The notes: generated by a model from the sequence alone, not told the origin. DNA of 64,000 nt from an uncultured delta proteobacterium (GCA_963782055.1 CAWAIF010000003.1:6695948-6759947); one strand, 5' to 3'; shown: positions 10,017 through 20,771, counted from the stretch's first letter. A program made the numbers and translations.

Positions 10017-10967
10017 TCAGTCCTCGCGGTTCTCGAAGCGCACGTTGGGGTTCTGCGAGGCGAGGCCGTGCTCGCCGTAGCGTGAAGGGCGATCCCGGAG
10101 GTCGACGACGACGAGCGGGCGCGGCGGCGCGTGATCGTGCGCGACGTCCGCGCGGCGCACGACGGCGGTGCCCATGACGACGAGATCGAGCTCGAAGGAG
10201 GTGTGGCTGCTCTCGTTGACCTCGTACTCGCGGTCGCGGCCGCGGCGCAGGATGCGTACGCCGACGACCCCGTGCGCGCCGAAGTGCTGCGCGAAGGTGC
10301 GGAAGCGGTGCACCGCCTGGTCGCGCGCCTCGTGGGCCGCGCGGGTGTGTACCGGGAGCTCGCCGGAGAACCAGCTCCCCTCGCTGGCGCAGTCGGCGTG
10401 GCGCGCGTACCAGAAGCAGTTGCCGATGGCGATGCCGGAGGGCCAGTAGCCGGCGCGGTGGAGCTTGAAGAGCTCGTCCGCCTTCAGCAGGGTGAGCACC
10501 GGCTGCTGCGGTGGCGGCACGTCCTTGACGCGCACCGCTGTGCCCACGGCGGTGAACTCGATGAGATCGGCGCCCCACTCGTAGCCGCGGCCGAGGAAGC
10601 GCACGTCGATGACCATGTGCGCGCCGAGCAGCGCCGCCTCCTGCTGCATGCGCGAGAGGGCGCGGGAGCGCGCCGTCTCGTAGGCGCGGGTGAGCTGCAC
10701 CAGCTCCCCGCCGCCCCACCGCGCGAAGCCGCGCAGCCCGACGTGAAAGACGCTGGAGCCCATCACCTGACTGATGGGCTCGACCCCGGTGGACCGCGCG
10801 ACCACCGTCTCCGGCACCGAGAGGGTGCTGGTGAAGACCTTCTGCTGCCCCTGGTTCAGCTCCCAGATCCGGCGCTGCGCGCGCAGCGGCAGTCCGCCCT
10901 GCTGGACCTGCGCGGTGCTGCGCGCCTCGTCGACGGGGCGGTCCGGAAGAAACTGGTGGCGCGGCAT
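10017..10967 (-). CDS. Tandem YbjQ/DUF74-domain protein (paralog 1)
   Basis: Real start at the internal Met 'MPRHQF'; upstream residues are a GC-rich frame artefact. Two YbjQ-like repeats. Start overlaps the stop of the zinc-ribbon gene. Confidence 0.6.
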   Translation of the reverse strand: MPRHQFLPDRPVDEARSTAQVQQGGLPLRAQRRIWELNQGQQKVFTSTLSVPETVVARSTGVEPISQVMGSSVFHVGLRGFARWGGGELVQLTRAYETARSRALSRMQQEAALLGAHMVIDVRFLGRGYEWGADLIEFTAVGTAVRVKDVPPPQQPVLTLLKADELFKLHRAGYWPSGIAIGNCFWYARHADCASEGSWFSGELPVHTRAAHEARDQAVHRFRTFAQHFGAHGVVGVRILRRGRDREYEVNESSHTSFELDLVVMGTAVVRRADVAHDHAPPRPLVVVDLRDRPSRYGEHGLASQNPNVRFENRED

Positions 10968-11437
10968 CAGCGGTTGCCGCCGCCGCCGCCGAACTGGCCG
11001 AGCACCCACGCCGCGCGGGCGTTGGTGTTCGCGTGGCGGGCGAGGGCGTCGAGGAGCATGTCCACCCACTGGTCGAGGGGGAGCTCCTTGGTGCGCAGGG
11101 CGATGCCGCGCACGACCTTGCGGTGCTGCGCCGCCGCGCGCTTGCCCTCCCGGCGGACCATGAAGACGTCGGGCTCCAGGTTGACCTCGATGGCGAGCAC
11201 GAAGCTGCCGTTGGCCTCGATGCGGGTGTGCTCGTTGAAGCCCTGGTAGAGCGTGTTGGCCAGGTGGGAGAGGAAGTTGTCGACGTTGGCCAGGTCGAGC
11301 GCCATCCCCTGGGCGATCTGATCGGCGGTGATGCCGACCTGGATCTGTGTCCTGCAGTAGGGACAGGTGAAGATCTGGCCGTCGGGCGGGGCATCCATGA
11401 TGCCGCCGCAGTTGCTGCAACGAACGGGATCGGGCAT
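10967..11437 (-). CDS. Zinc-ribbon protein with an uncharacterised C-terminal domain
   Basis: N-terminal 'CSNCGG...CPYCRT' (CxxC-x14-CxxC), then ~110 aa of unknown function. First gene of the YbjQ operon and divergent from the acyl-CoA dehydrogenase gene. Confidence 0.55.
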   Translation of the reverse strand: MPDPVRCSNCGGIMDAPPDGQIFTCPYCRTQIQVGITADQIAQGMALDLANVDNFLSHLANTLYQGFNEHTRIEANGSFVLAIEVNLEPDVFMVRREGKRAAAQHRKVVRGIALRTKELPLDQWVDMLLDALARHANTNARAAWVLGQFGGGGGNR

Positions 11438-11534
11438 TGCAGGTCGACGATAGCCAATTCGCGGGCAGATCGAAAGCCACCCGAGGGCGCGGGAGTCCGG
11501 CCCGCGGGGCCGGGGGTTGTTATGCTGCCCCGCC

Positions 11535-13382
<1,848 letters not shown>

Positions 13383-13392
13383 CGGGACAGCC

Positions 13393-14280
13393 TCAGCGCG
13401 ACGAGAGGGCGCGGGCGCGGGCGGCGAGATCGCGCGCGCCCATGCGGTCGGTCCACGCGCCGAAGTCGGGGCTGGTGCCGCGCCATCGCAGATCCTCCAG
13501 CGTCTCATCGAGCGGCACGTCGGTGACCAGCGTGGCCAGCTCCTTGTAGAGCGCGAGGTCCTCGCGGGCACCGCGGAGTGTGCCGGCGAGGCGTGGCGCG
13601 CCGCGCACCCCGGCCGGCCACGCGGCGGGGTCGTCGGGGATGGCCTCCACGTGCTCGAAGCGCGCGAGGAGCGCCGCCGCGGTCTTGGCGCCGAAGCCGG
13701 TCAGGCCGGGGATGCCGTCGGCGGTGTCGCCGGTGAGGGCGAGCAGATCCGGAATGCTCGCGGGTCCCACGCCGCGGACGGCGCGCATCGCCGCCTCGTC
13801 GATCTCCTTGCGGCGGATGCGGTCCACCTGCACCACGCGCCTGTCCGCCAGACATTGCCCGAAGTCCTTGTCCGGGCTGAGGATGCGCACCTGGGTGCAC
13901 GCGCCGGCCGCGGGGGTCTCGCCGGCGGGCGGCGCGTGGCGACGCGCGGCCGTCGCGATGGCGTCGTCCGCCTCGTAGCGGCTCATCGACCAGACGGTGA
14001 CGCCGGCGGCGCGCGTGGCCTCCTCCGCCGCGTCGAACTGCGCGTGCAGCTCGGGCGGGACGCCCTCGTCCGACTTGTAGCCGGCGAACATGTCGTTTCG
14101 GAAGGAGCGGATGGGGTTGTCGAAGGCGACCGCCAGGTGGGTGGCCTTCTCGTCGGGGTCGGCGAGCAGGGTGAGGAGCGAGGCGACCAGGCCAACTGTG
14201 GCCTTGTGGGGGCGGTCGGGCTTCGGTGAAAAGTGTGCGCGGTACAGCTCGAAGGTGCCGTCGATGAGGTGGAGGCGCAC
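13393..14280 (-). CDS. 5'-3' exonuclease (Pol I N-terminal / FEN-like)
   Basis: PIN-like N-terminus 'MRLHLIDGTFELYRAHF', acidic metal-binding residues, and H3TH motif 'GIPGLTGFGAKTAAALLARF'. Confidence 0.75.
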   Translation of the reverse strand: MRLHLIDGTFELYRAHFSPKPDRPHKATVGLVASLLTLLADPDEKATHLAVAFDNPIRSFRNDMFAGYKSDEGVPPELHAQFDAAEEATRAAGVTVWSMSRYEADDAIATAARRHAPPAGETPAAGACTQVRILSPDKDFGQCLADRRVVQVDRIRRKEIDEAAMRAVRGVGPASIPDLLALTGDTADGIPGLTGFGAKTAAALLARFEHVEAIPDDPAAWPAGVRGAPRLAGTLRGAREDLALYKELATLVTDVPLDETLEDLRWRGTSPDFGAWTDRMGARDLAARARALSSR

Positions 14281-14316
14281 GGGGTAGGTCCTGGGGAGAG
14301 AGGCTGGGGCGCGTCA

Positions 14317-14338
14317 GACCGTTAGCATGCTAACGGTC
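14317..14338. repeat. Perfect 22-bp palindrome GACCGTTAGCATGCTAACGGTC in the exonuclease upstream region
   Basis: The sequence is identical to its reverse complement and lies 37-58 bp upstream of the exonuclease start codon. Confidence 0.6.
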
Positions 14339-14879
14339 GCGCGCGGCGGAGGGGAAATCCTGCGGGGAAGGCGGCGCGGTACTTTTTCGGGAATGAGGGC
14401 GCGCGCGCGGTGGTTGCCATCCCGAACGACGGAGCGGCGCGGGCCTCTCCCCAAAAAAAGCAGTCGGCAAGCTACCCCGCCAAGCCAACGCTGTCGGCTG
14501 CGCCAAAAAAAAGGCGGCTCCCCCAAAGCCCCCTCCTCCCGGAGTCGCCGCACCTGCGCCGCCCCGTCGTTTCTCTAACTCATCGCGATCTCGTCGCGAC
14601 GCCCCCGCGGGGGGGCCCCTCCGGACTGCGCCCGTCGCCTGTCGGCGATGTTGTCGCGCGTGCGGTGGTTCGTGTGGTCCACCTCCTCGCCCGGAGGTCG
14701 GCCGCGCGTCGTCGGCCCTCGCGCAACCCGCGGGTGGCGCGTTCGACCGTCAGCACGATTGCGGTCGGCGGCACCCACCGGCTCCGGCAGCGAGGCTGCC
14801 ATCGCGTGGCCCCGCTCCGGGCCTGAAGAGGTCCCACGCAGGGAGCCCGACGCGCAGCCGAGGGCCCGCGTGCAGAGCC

Positions 14880-15629
14880 CTAGAAGTCGAAGCTCAGGCC
14901 GCCGACGAAGGTGCTCGTCCCCACGCGCATGTCGCTGGAGGAGCCGAAGCCGTCCAGGTTGGAGAGCATCCACTCGCCGAAGAGGTTGGTGTAGTTGATG
15001 CCCACGCTGGTATCGAGGCGCAGGGCGGCGCGCGGGTCGAGCCAGTTGAGCGAGAGCGCCATACCCACCGCGAGCTGGAGCCCGGGGGTGAGGCCTTCGC
15101 CGCGGACGCCCTGGTAGTGCGAGATGCCCGTGTCGGTCGACGTGTTCCACAGCGCCAGCCCGACACCGCCCTTCACGTACGGGACGAGCGGCACGCCGTA
15201 GTCGTGCTCGAAGACGTCCACCCGGAGCACGGCCACGCCGTAGAAGGGGAAGATCTCCAGGTTGGTGTCCTCCTGCGAGGCGCCGCCGCCGCTGGAGAGC
15301 TGCGCCTTGGCGCTGGACTTGGTGTAACCCGCGGCGAGGGCCGGGCCGATGGTCCCGAAGTGCGGGATGCGCAGCGCCTGCCAGTCGAACTCGGCGCCGA
15401 AGTAGAAGTCGGCGCCGCCGCCGTAGACATCATGGTAGGGGGTGCCGCTCAGGCCGGGCTGGGAGTCGACCTGCGGCCAGTAGGGGCCGAAGCGGAACTC
15501 CAGGGCGAAGTGCTGGGGCGACTGCACGTACCGCGCCTGCTGGCCGAGATCCTGCGCCGACGCGGTGCGCGCCGCGCCGGCCACGGCGACCGCGCCGAGC
15601 AGTGAGACCAGTACCGGTGTGGGCCTCAC
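14880..15629 (-). CDS. Outer-membrane beta-barrel protein
   Basis: GTG start giving signal peptide 'VRPTPVLVSLLGAVAVAGAARTASAQ'. Alternating amphipathic beta-strand pattern and a C-terminal Phe ('...GGLSFDF'). Confidence 0.55.
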   Translation of the reverse strand: MRPTPVLVSLLGAVAVAGAARTASAQDLGQQARYVQSPQHFALEFRFGPYWPQVDSQPGLSGTPYHDVYGGGADFYFGAEFDWQALRIPHFGTIGPALAAGYTKSSAKAQLSSGGGASQEDTNLEIFPFYGVAVLRVDVFEHDYGVPLVPYVKGGVGLALWNTSTDTGISHYQGVRGEGLTPGLQLAVGMALSLNWLDPRAALRLDTSVGINYTNLFGEWMLSNLDGFGSSSDMRVGTSTFVGGLSFDF

Positions 15630-16852
15630 GCGCGACGCCTCCGTCGGACGAAGGCGATCGCGATGCCCACCATGCCGAGCACCATCACCGGCGCGCCCGC
15701 GGGGCCGCCCACCACCTCCAGCGCGCAGAAGCCGCCGCCGGCCGTGCCGCCGGCCTGCCTGTATTTCTTCCAGAAGTCGTCGACCGGCTGTGGCGTCGCG
15801 CACACCGCGCTGGAGACGTCACCGTCATTGCCGAAGGTGTCGTAGGCGGCGACCGCGACGGCGTAGCTGGTGCCGTTGGTGAGGCCGGTCACCTGCGCGC
15901 TGACGTTGGTCGCGCCCGCCGCGGTGGCCATCGGCGAGAGGCCGGTCGTGTCCAGCGTGCCGCCATCGCCCGAGGCGGAGCAAGACGCGGTGGTGACGGG
16001 TTGCTGGTAGCAGCCGGCGTCGACGGGCACGACAACGGGGTTGCCTGCGTCGTCGGTGCCACCGTCGGTGAAGCCGCCGTCGGGGCAGACCGTGGTGGTG
16101 CCCGCGTCCGCCGGGCTGGCGCCGGAGGCCTCCACGAAGACGTGGTAGCCCGCGAGGTCCGGCTCGGTCGACGACGCCGACCACGACACCGAGAGGGCGC
16201 CGTCGATCCCCTCCGCCGTCACGCCGGTGGGCGCGCCGGGCCCGAGCAGCTTCACCTGGATGGGATAGGGCGTGGACGCGGACACCGGGTTGGAGCTGCC
16301 GTCCAGCCAGATGAAGTTGACGTTGACCGTCGTCTCGCCGGAGCCCAGCCCGTTGTCGCAGACCGAGGAGTCCGCCGCCGTGTACGTCAGGTTCTTGGTG
16401 GACGAGCCGAGCTGGCTGACGAGGTCCTGGACGCGGACCTGCGCGATGACCGTGGACGACTGGGCGACGTTGGTCGGGTAGACCGGCCAGCACGTCGGGT
16501 TGGTGCCGGTGATCTCGCCCGTCGTCTGGCAGTTGTCCGCGCCCGCCCACACCTGGAGCGAGCTGCTGGTGGGAAGCCCGGTCAGCACCAGCGGGAAGTT
16601 GAAGGTCACGTCCTTCAGGCAATCGTCCCGGCTGATGCCCTGCTGCGTCCCGTTGACGATGCGCGTCGGCGCCGCCGAGCCGTCCGGGTACGTCCGGTAC
16701 ACCGCGGTCGTGGTGAAGGTCACCGTCTGGGCGAACGCGCGGGCCGGGGCGAGCCACGCGCACAGGGCGACGATCGCGAACACGAGCGGGCCAAGCGCGC
16801 GGGCCCGCCTGAGGTTCCGCGCTTGCGCGGACCGACGGCCCGAAGGGCGCAC
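15626..16852 (-). CDS. Secreted MYXO-CTERM-anchored protein; start codon uncertain because it abuts or overlaps a tandem repeat
   Basis: Sec signal 'RRARALGPLVFAIVALCAWLAPARAFA/QT', a Thr/Ser/Gly-rich beta domain, and a C-terminal MYXO-CTERM-like tail 'GGFCALEVVGG...VLGMVGIAIAFVRRRRRA'. No ATG lies just upstream of the signal peptide. Candidate in-frame GTG codons occur in every repeat unit, and an ATG exists further upstream at 17071. Confidence 0.6.
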   Translation of the reverse strand: MRPSGRRSAQARNLRRARALGPLVFAIVALCAWLAPARAFAQTVTFTTTAVYRTYPDGSAAPTRIVNGTQQGISRDDCLKDVTFNFPLVLTGLPTSSSLQVWAGADNCQTTGEITGTNPTCWPVYPTNVAQSSTVIAQVRVQDLVSQLGSSTKNLTYTAADSSVCDNGLGSGETTVNVNFIWLDGSSNPVSASTPYPIQVKLLGPGAPTGVTAEGIDGALSVSWSASSTEPDLAGYHVFVEASGASPADAGTTTVCPDGGFTDGGTDDAGNPVVVPVDAGCYQQPVTTASCSASGDGGTLDTTGLSPMATAAGATNVSAQVTGLTNGTSYAVAVAAYDTFGNDGDVSSAVCATPQPVDDFWKKYRQAGGTAGGGFCALEVVGGPAGAPVMVLGMVGIAIAFVRRRRRA

Positions 16853-17025
16853 GGTACCGAGGTTCCGCGCTTGCGCGGACCGACGGCCCGAAGGGCGCAC
16901 GGTACCGAGGTTCCGCGCTTGCGCGGACCGACGGCCCGAAGGGCGCACGGTACCGAGGTTCCGCGCTTGCGCGGACCGACGGCCCGAAGGGCGCACGGTA
17001 CCGAGGTTCCGCGCTTGCGCGGGCC
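16811..17025. repeat. Perfect 48-bp tandem repeat, 4 full copies plus a diverging fifth
   Basis: Unit GAGGTTCCGCGCTTGCGCGGACCGACGGCCCGAAGGGCGCACGGTACC repeats at 16811, 16859, 16907 and 16955, with a partial copy from 17003. Each unit contains the hairpin TCCGCGC-TT-GCGCGGA. Confidence 0.9.
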
Positions 17026-17263
17026 GAGGGCGCCATCGAGGGCGGCGCGCACGGGGGAGACGCGTAGTCATCGCTGCACCATCTCGAAGCATAGCGCGTG
17101 CCACGCGACGGCGTCGCCTTTCGCACGTGCGGCGGCCATGCATCCCGTCGGGATGGCGGTCAAGGTGTCAGAAGTCGAGGCGGGCGAGGGCGCGTCGTGA
17201 CAAACTGACAGGCGGAAGGTCCCTCGTTCCCACGCGCACGAAGGTGCGCTAACGCGAAAGACG

Positions 17264-18481
17264 ATGCTGCACCTGATCCCCGCTCACCAGGGGCGCCCGG
17301 CGGACGACCCCATCTTCGCCCTCAACACCGAGGCCAACGCGCGGCGCGCGCGCGGCGAGTCGGTCGTCAACGCCACGGTCGGCGCGCTGCTCGACGACGA
17401 CGGCAAGCTCGCCGTCCTCCCCACCGCGGCGCGTGCCGTCCACGAGGTGGCGAAGGAGGAGTGGGCGGCCTACGCCCCCATCGCCGGACCGAAGGATTTT
17501 CTGGGCGCGGTGATGGACGACCTGCTCCTCTCCCGCCCTTCGATGCGCGAGATGGCGGTCGCCGCGGCCACGCCGGGCGGCAGCGGCGCGCTGCGCGAGG
17601 CCATCGCCAACTTCCTGGAGCCGGGGCAGGCGCTGCTCACCACCAGCTTCTTCTGGGGCCCGTACAAGACCCTCGCCGACGAGTCGGACCGGCGCGTGGC
17701 GACCTTCAACATGTTCGCGCCCGCGGGCGAGGGCGGGGAGCTCACCTTCGACGTGGGCGCGCTGGACCGCGCGCTGGACGCGACGATCAAGGAGCAGAAG
17801 CGGGCGCTGCTCTTCCTCAACGACCCGTGCCACAACCCCACCGGCTACTCCATGAGCGAGGACGAGTGGCGGCAGGTCGTTGCGTGTATTCTGCAACATG
17901 CCGGGCGCGCGCCGGTGACTGTGCTGCTCGACGTCGCTTACGCCGCGTACGCCGCCAGCGACCCGCGCGCCTACCTGCCGGTGCTCGAGCCCCTCGCCGG
18001 CAAGGCGGGCCTGCTCTTCGCGTGGAGCGCGTCGAAGGCCTTCACCCACTACGGGCTGCGCGTCGGCGCGGTGGTGGCGTGCGTGCCCGACGCGAAGGAG
18101 CGCACGCAGACGCAGGCCGCCTTCAGCTACACGTGCCGCGGCACGTGGTCCAACTGCAACCGCGGCGGCATGCGCGCCGTCACCCGCCTGCTGACCGACG
18201 CCGAGCTCGCGCCGAAGGTCACCGCCGAGCGCGACGAGCTCAAGGCCCTGCTCGCCGCGCGGGTGCGCGCCTTCAACGAGCACGCGAAGGCCGCGGGCCT
18301 GCGCTACCCGCGCTACGAGGGCGGGTTCTTCGTCACCGTCTTCTGCGACGAAGCGGCGGAGAAGGCGGCGAAGATGCGGGAGGCGGGGGTCTTCGTGGTC
18401 CCCATCAAGGGCGCGCTGCGCGTGGGGCTCTGCAGCGTGGCGGAGCGCGACATCCCGCGCCTCGTCCAGGCGCTGGTGTGA
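17264..18481 (+). CDS. Class I aminotransferase (aspartate/aromatic family)
   Basis: 405 aa with a PLP-fold pattern. The 'SASKAF' region fits the PLP-lysine region of fold type I. Confidence 0.75.
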   Translation: MLHLIPAHQGRPADDPIFALNTEANARRARGESVVNATVGALLDDDGKLAVLPTAARAVHEVAKEEWAAYAPIAGPKDFLGAVMDDLLLSRPSMREMAVAAATPGGSGALREAIANFLEPGQALLTTSFFWGPYKTLADESDRRVATFNMFAPAGEGGELTFDVGALDRALDATIKEQKRALLFLNDPCHNPTGYSMSEDEWRQVVACILQHAGRAPVTVLLDVAYAAYAASDPRAYLPVLEPLAGKAGLLFAWSASKAFTHYGLRVGAVVACVPDAKERTQTQAAFSYTCRGTWSNCNRGGMRAVTRLLTDAELAPKVTAERDELKALLAARVRAFNEHAKAAGLRYPRYEGGFFVTVFCDEAAEKAAKMREAGVFVVPIKGALRVGLCSVAERDIPRLVQALV

Positions 18482-18810
18482 AGGCGGGGCGCGCCGCACG
18501 CGCCGCGTTCCTCGCGCTGGCCACGCTGGCGGCGGGCGCCTGCGGCGGGAGCAGCGGCCCGGGGGCGTCCGGGCCGCCGGTCACCTGCAAGGCGAGGGCG
18601 TTCACCCCGAGCGGCGGGGACTGCACCCTCAACGCGGCGAGCTGCGACGACCAGCACGAGTACGAGCTGGACTGCGGCGGCGGCACCTGCACCTGCAACG
18701 TCAACGGCACGCCCGGCCGGTCGTTCTTCTCCAGCGACTTCTGCAACGCCGCCGACCTCGCCGCCGCGATCACCGCGGCCAACGCCCAGTGCGGCTGGAA
18801 CGTCCAGTGA
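18478..18810 (+). CDS. Small Cys-rich lipoprotein
   Basis: GTG start with GTGA overlap onto the aminotransferase stop. Lipobox 'LAAGAC'. Eight Cys in ~85 mature residues. Confidence 0.5.
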   Translation: MKAGRAARAAFLALATLAAGACGGSSGPGASGPPVTCKARAFTPSGGDCTLNAASCDDQHEYELDCGGGTCTCNVNGTPGRSFFSSDFCNAADLAAAITAANAQCGWNVQ

Positions 18811-18817
18811 CTCTCTG

Positions 18818-20038
18818 TCAGGCCAGCGCCTCGAAGAACTCGCACAGCTCGTCGTGGCGGGCGTGGGCGTCGGCGTAGCCGAGCTCGATGAGGCGCGAGG
18901 CGAAGCCGCCGTCGAAGAGGAGGTAGGAGAGGAGGTCGGCCTCGTTGCGACCGTCCTGCTCTGCGAGGCGGCGCATGAGGCGCCCGGTGATCCCCTGCAC
19001 GTGCGAGAAGGCGGCGGAGCGCACGTACTCGGTGGCGAGCTGGCCGATGTCGCGCGACGCCCGCACCAGCATGCTGCTCATCGGCCTCAGGCCCCTGCCC
19101 GGCTTGTGGCCGAGCGTGACGTTCAGCTTGTCGACGAAGTCCGGCCCGTAGGCGCGCTTGCCGGCCTCCAGGATCTTGTTCACGCTCTCCAGCCGCGCCA
19201 GGTCGGTGTCGATGCGATCGAGCAGCAGCGCGTTGAGGGTCTTGCCGAGCAGGAAGAGCGGGCCGGGGAAGGCGTCCTCCACCTCCTCCTCCTCATCGCC
19301 GAGGGGAGTCGTCGGGATGAAGCGCGGGTTGATGACGAGCACGCCGTCGGCGCCCAGCCGCCGCGCCGGGGAGAGCGGCACGTTCTGCCGCAGGCCGCCG
19401 TCGCAGTAGTACTCGCCGTCGATGCGCACCGCGCGAAAGAGGATGGGGATGGCGGCGCTGGCGAGGGCGTGCGCGGGCGTGATCTCCTCCGCGCGCGGCT
19501 CGACGGTCGGGTCGGCGCTCCACGGCGGCAGGCCGGGCTCGCGGCGCTGGATGAAGACGACGGTCCTGCCGGTCGCGACGTGCGTGGTCGAGACGGTGAG
19601 GGCGTCGAGCAGCTCGTACTCCAGGTTGGCGCGGATGTGCGCGAAGGGGATCTCCCGCACGACGAGCCGCTCAAGCCCGGAGGGGTCGAGCAGGCCGCCC
19701 TCGCGCGCAGGGACGTCCCGGGCCCTGGGGGCGCGCCCGAGCAGGCGGCCGCCCATCGCGAACACACCGCGTACGTCCGGCGAGATCATGGCGTCGATGT
19801 CCAGGCCACGCCACACGTCCAGCAGCCGGCCGATGCGCTCGGCGGGCGGCATGTCGGCGAAGGCGGCGAGCGCGCACGCGTTGAGCGCGCCGACGGAGGT
19901 GCCGCACAGGATGTCCAGGTGGATGCGCCTGGACAGGGACCGGGCCACGTCCAGAAGGACGTACTTGACGATCCCCACCTCGTACGCGCCGCGCGCGGCA
20001 CCTCCCGCGAGCACGAGCGCCACGCGCTTGCGTTTCAC
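18818..20038 (-). CDS. Patatin-like phospholipase
   Basis: Oxyanion 'GGAARG', nucleophile elbow 'GTSVG' (GxSxG), and a catalytic Asp in 'DGG' further on. Confidence 0.8.
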   Translation of the reverse strand: MKRKRVALVLAGGAARGAYEVGIVKYVLLDVARSLSRRIHLDILCGTSVGALNACALAAFADMPPAERIGRLLDVWRGLDIDAMISPDVRGVFAMGGRLLGRAPRARDVPAREGGLLDPSGLERLVVREIPFAHIRANLEYELLDALTVSTTHVATGRTVVFIQRREPGLPPWSADPTVEPRAEEITPAHALASAAIPILFRAVRIDGEYYCDGGLRQNVPLSPARRLGADGVLVINPRFIPTTPLGDEEEEVEDAFPGPLFLLGKTLNALLLDRIDTDLARLESVNKILEAGKRAYGPDFVDKLNVTLGHKPGRGLRPMSSMLVRASRDIGQLATEYVRSAAFSHVQGITGRLMRRLAEQDGRNEADLLSYLLFDGGFASRLIELGYADAHARHDELCEFFEALA

Positions 20039-20060
20039 CCGCCCGAGTATAGCGCCGCGC

Positions 20061-20771
20061 TCACTCGCAGTGGATCTCGTCGACGATCACCTTGCAGCCA
20101 CCCTTGCAGTCGCGGGCGGGGGCCATCTTGCCGGAGCGGCACTGCAGCATCTGCTTGCCGTCCTCGGTGCAGGCGGCGTCGTCCTCGTGCTCGCACGCGT
20201 CCCCCACGGCGGCGATGGTGGTGTCACACTGGATCTTGTCGAACTGCTTGCGGCAGCCGTGCGCGCCGCGGCAGGGCGCGTCCGCCGCCATCTTGCCGGC
20301 CCGGCACACCATCATCTGCTTGCCGTCCGCCGTGCAGGCGTACGCGTTGTCGTCCTGGCAGGGCGCGCCCACCTCGGAGACGCTGTTGTCGCACTTGACC
20401 TGCTTGGCGCTGGAGACGCACGAGCCCGGGCCGAGACACTCGTCCACCTTCTTCCAGCGGCGCGATTTGCACTGGAGCATGGCCTTCTTGTCCACCGAGC
20501 ACTCGTAGTCGTCCTGCGCGATGTCGCACGGCTCGCCGTCCAGGTAGCCGTCGTTGGCGCACTGCACGTCGGCGCCGGAGGCGACGCACCCGGCGGCCCC
20601 CCGGCACGGCAAGGCCGCCCAGTGACCGTCGGTGCAGACGAGGGAGTCGGTCTTGTCCGCGCAGACCTGCTTGCCCTCCTTGTCGCACGCCTCACCCGCC
20701 TTGGCCTTCGTGCAGCCCCCGAGGGGCACCAGCAGGATCGCGAAGGCGAGGAGCGCGGCCGGACGGGTCAT
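20061..20771 (-). CDS. Cys-rich repeat lipoprotein
   Basis: Lipobox 'LGGC'. Four internal repeats of approximately 'C..DGKQM..C..GKMA..(P)CRGA.GC'. 33 Cys in 236 aa. Confidence 0.6.
   Translation of the reverse strand: MTRPAALLAFAILLVPLGGCTKAKAGEACDKEGKQVCADKTDSLVCTDGHWAALPCRGAAGCVASGADVQCANDGYLDGEPCDIAQDDYECSVDKKAMLQCKSRRWKKVDECLGPGSCVSSAKQVKCDNSVSEVGAPCQDDNAYACTADGKQMMVCRAGKMAADAPCRGAHGCRKQFDKIQCDTTIAAVGDACEHEDDAACTEDGKQMLQCRSGKMAPARDCKGGCKVIVDEIHCE

Noticed and set aside
8386-11457. Single 1023-aa ORF in the supplied track
   Set aside because: The GC-rich frame simply lacks stops. Internal Mets with ATGA overlaps, repeated domain boundaries and coding-bias changes show it is four separate genes: a zinc-ribbon protein plus three YbjQ paralogs.
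14281-14879. tmRNA, RNase P RNA or SRP RNA in the long intergenic gap
   Set aside because: I looked for hallmark motifs: the tRNA-like GGUUCGAAUCC...CCA end, RNase P 'GGAAAGUCCGGGCUCC', and the SRP 'AGGUCCGGAAGGAAGCAGC'. I found none on either strand.
16811-17025. Possible CRISPR array
   Set aside because: The 48-bp units are directly adjacent with no spacers and no cas genes nearby. It is a tandem minisatellite.
18818-20038. Patatin-like phospholipase as a defence-system (CBASS-type) effector
   Set aside because: No cyclase, nucleotidyltransferase or sensor gene is adjacent. It sits among lipoprotein and glutaredoxin genes and looks like a stand-alone lipid-metabolism enzyme.
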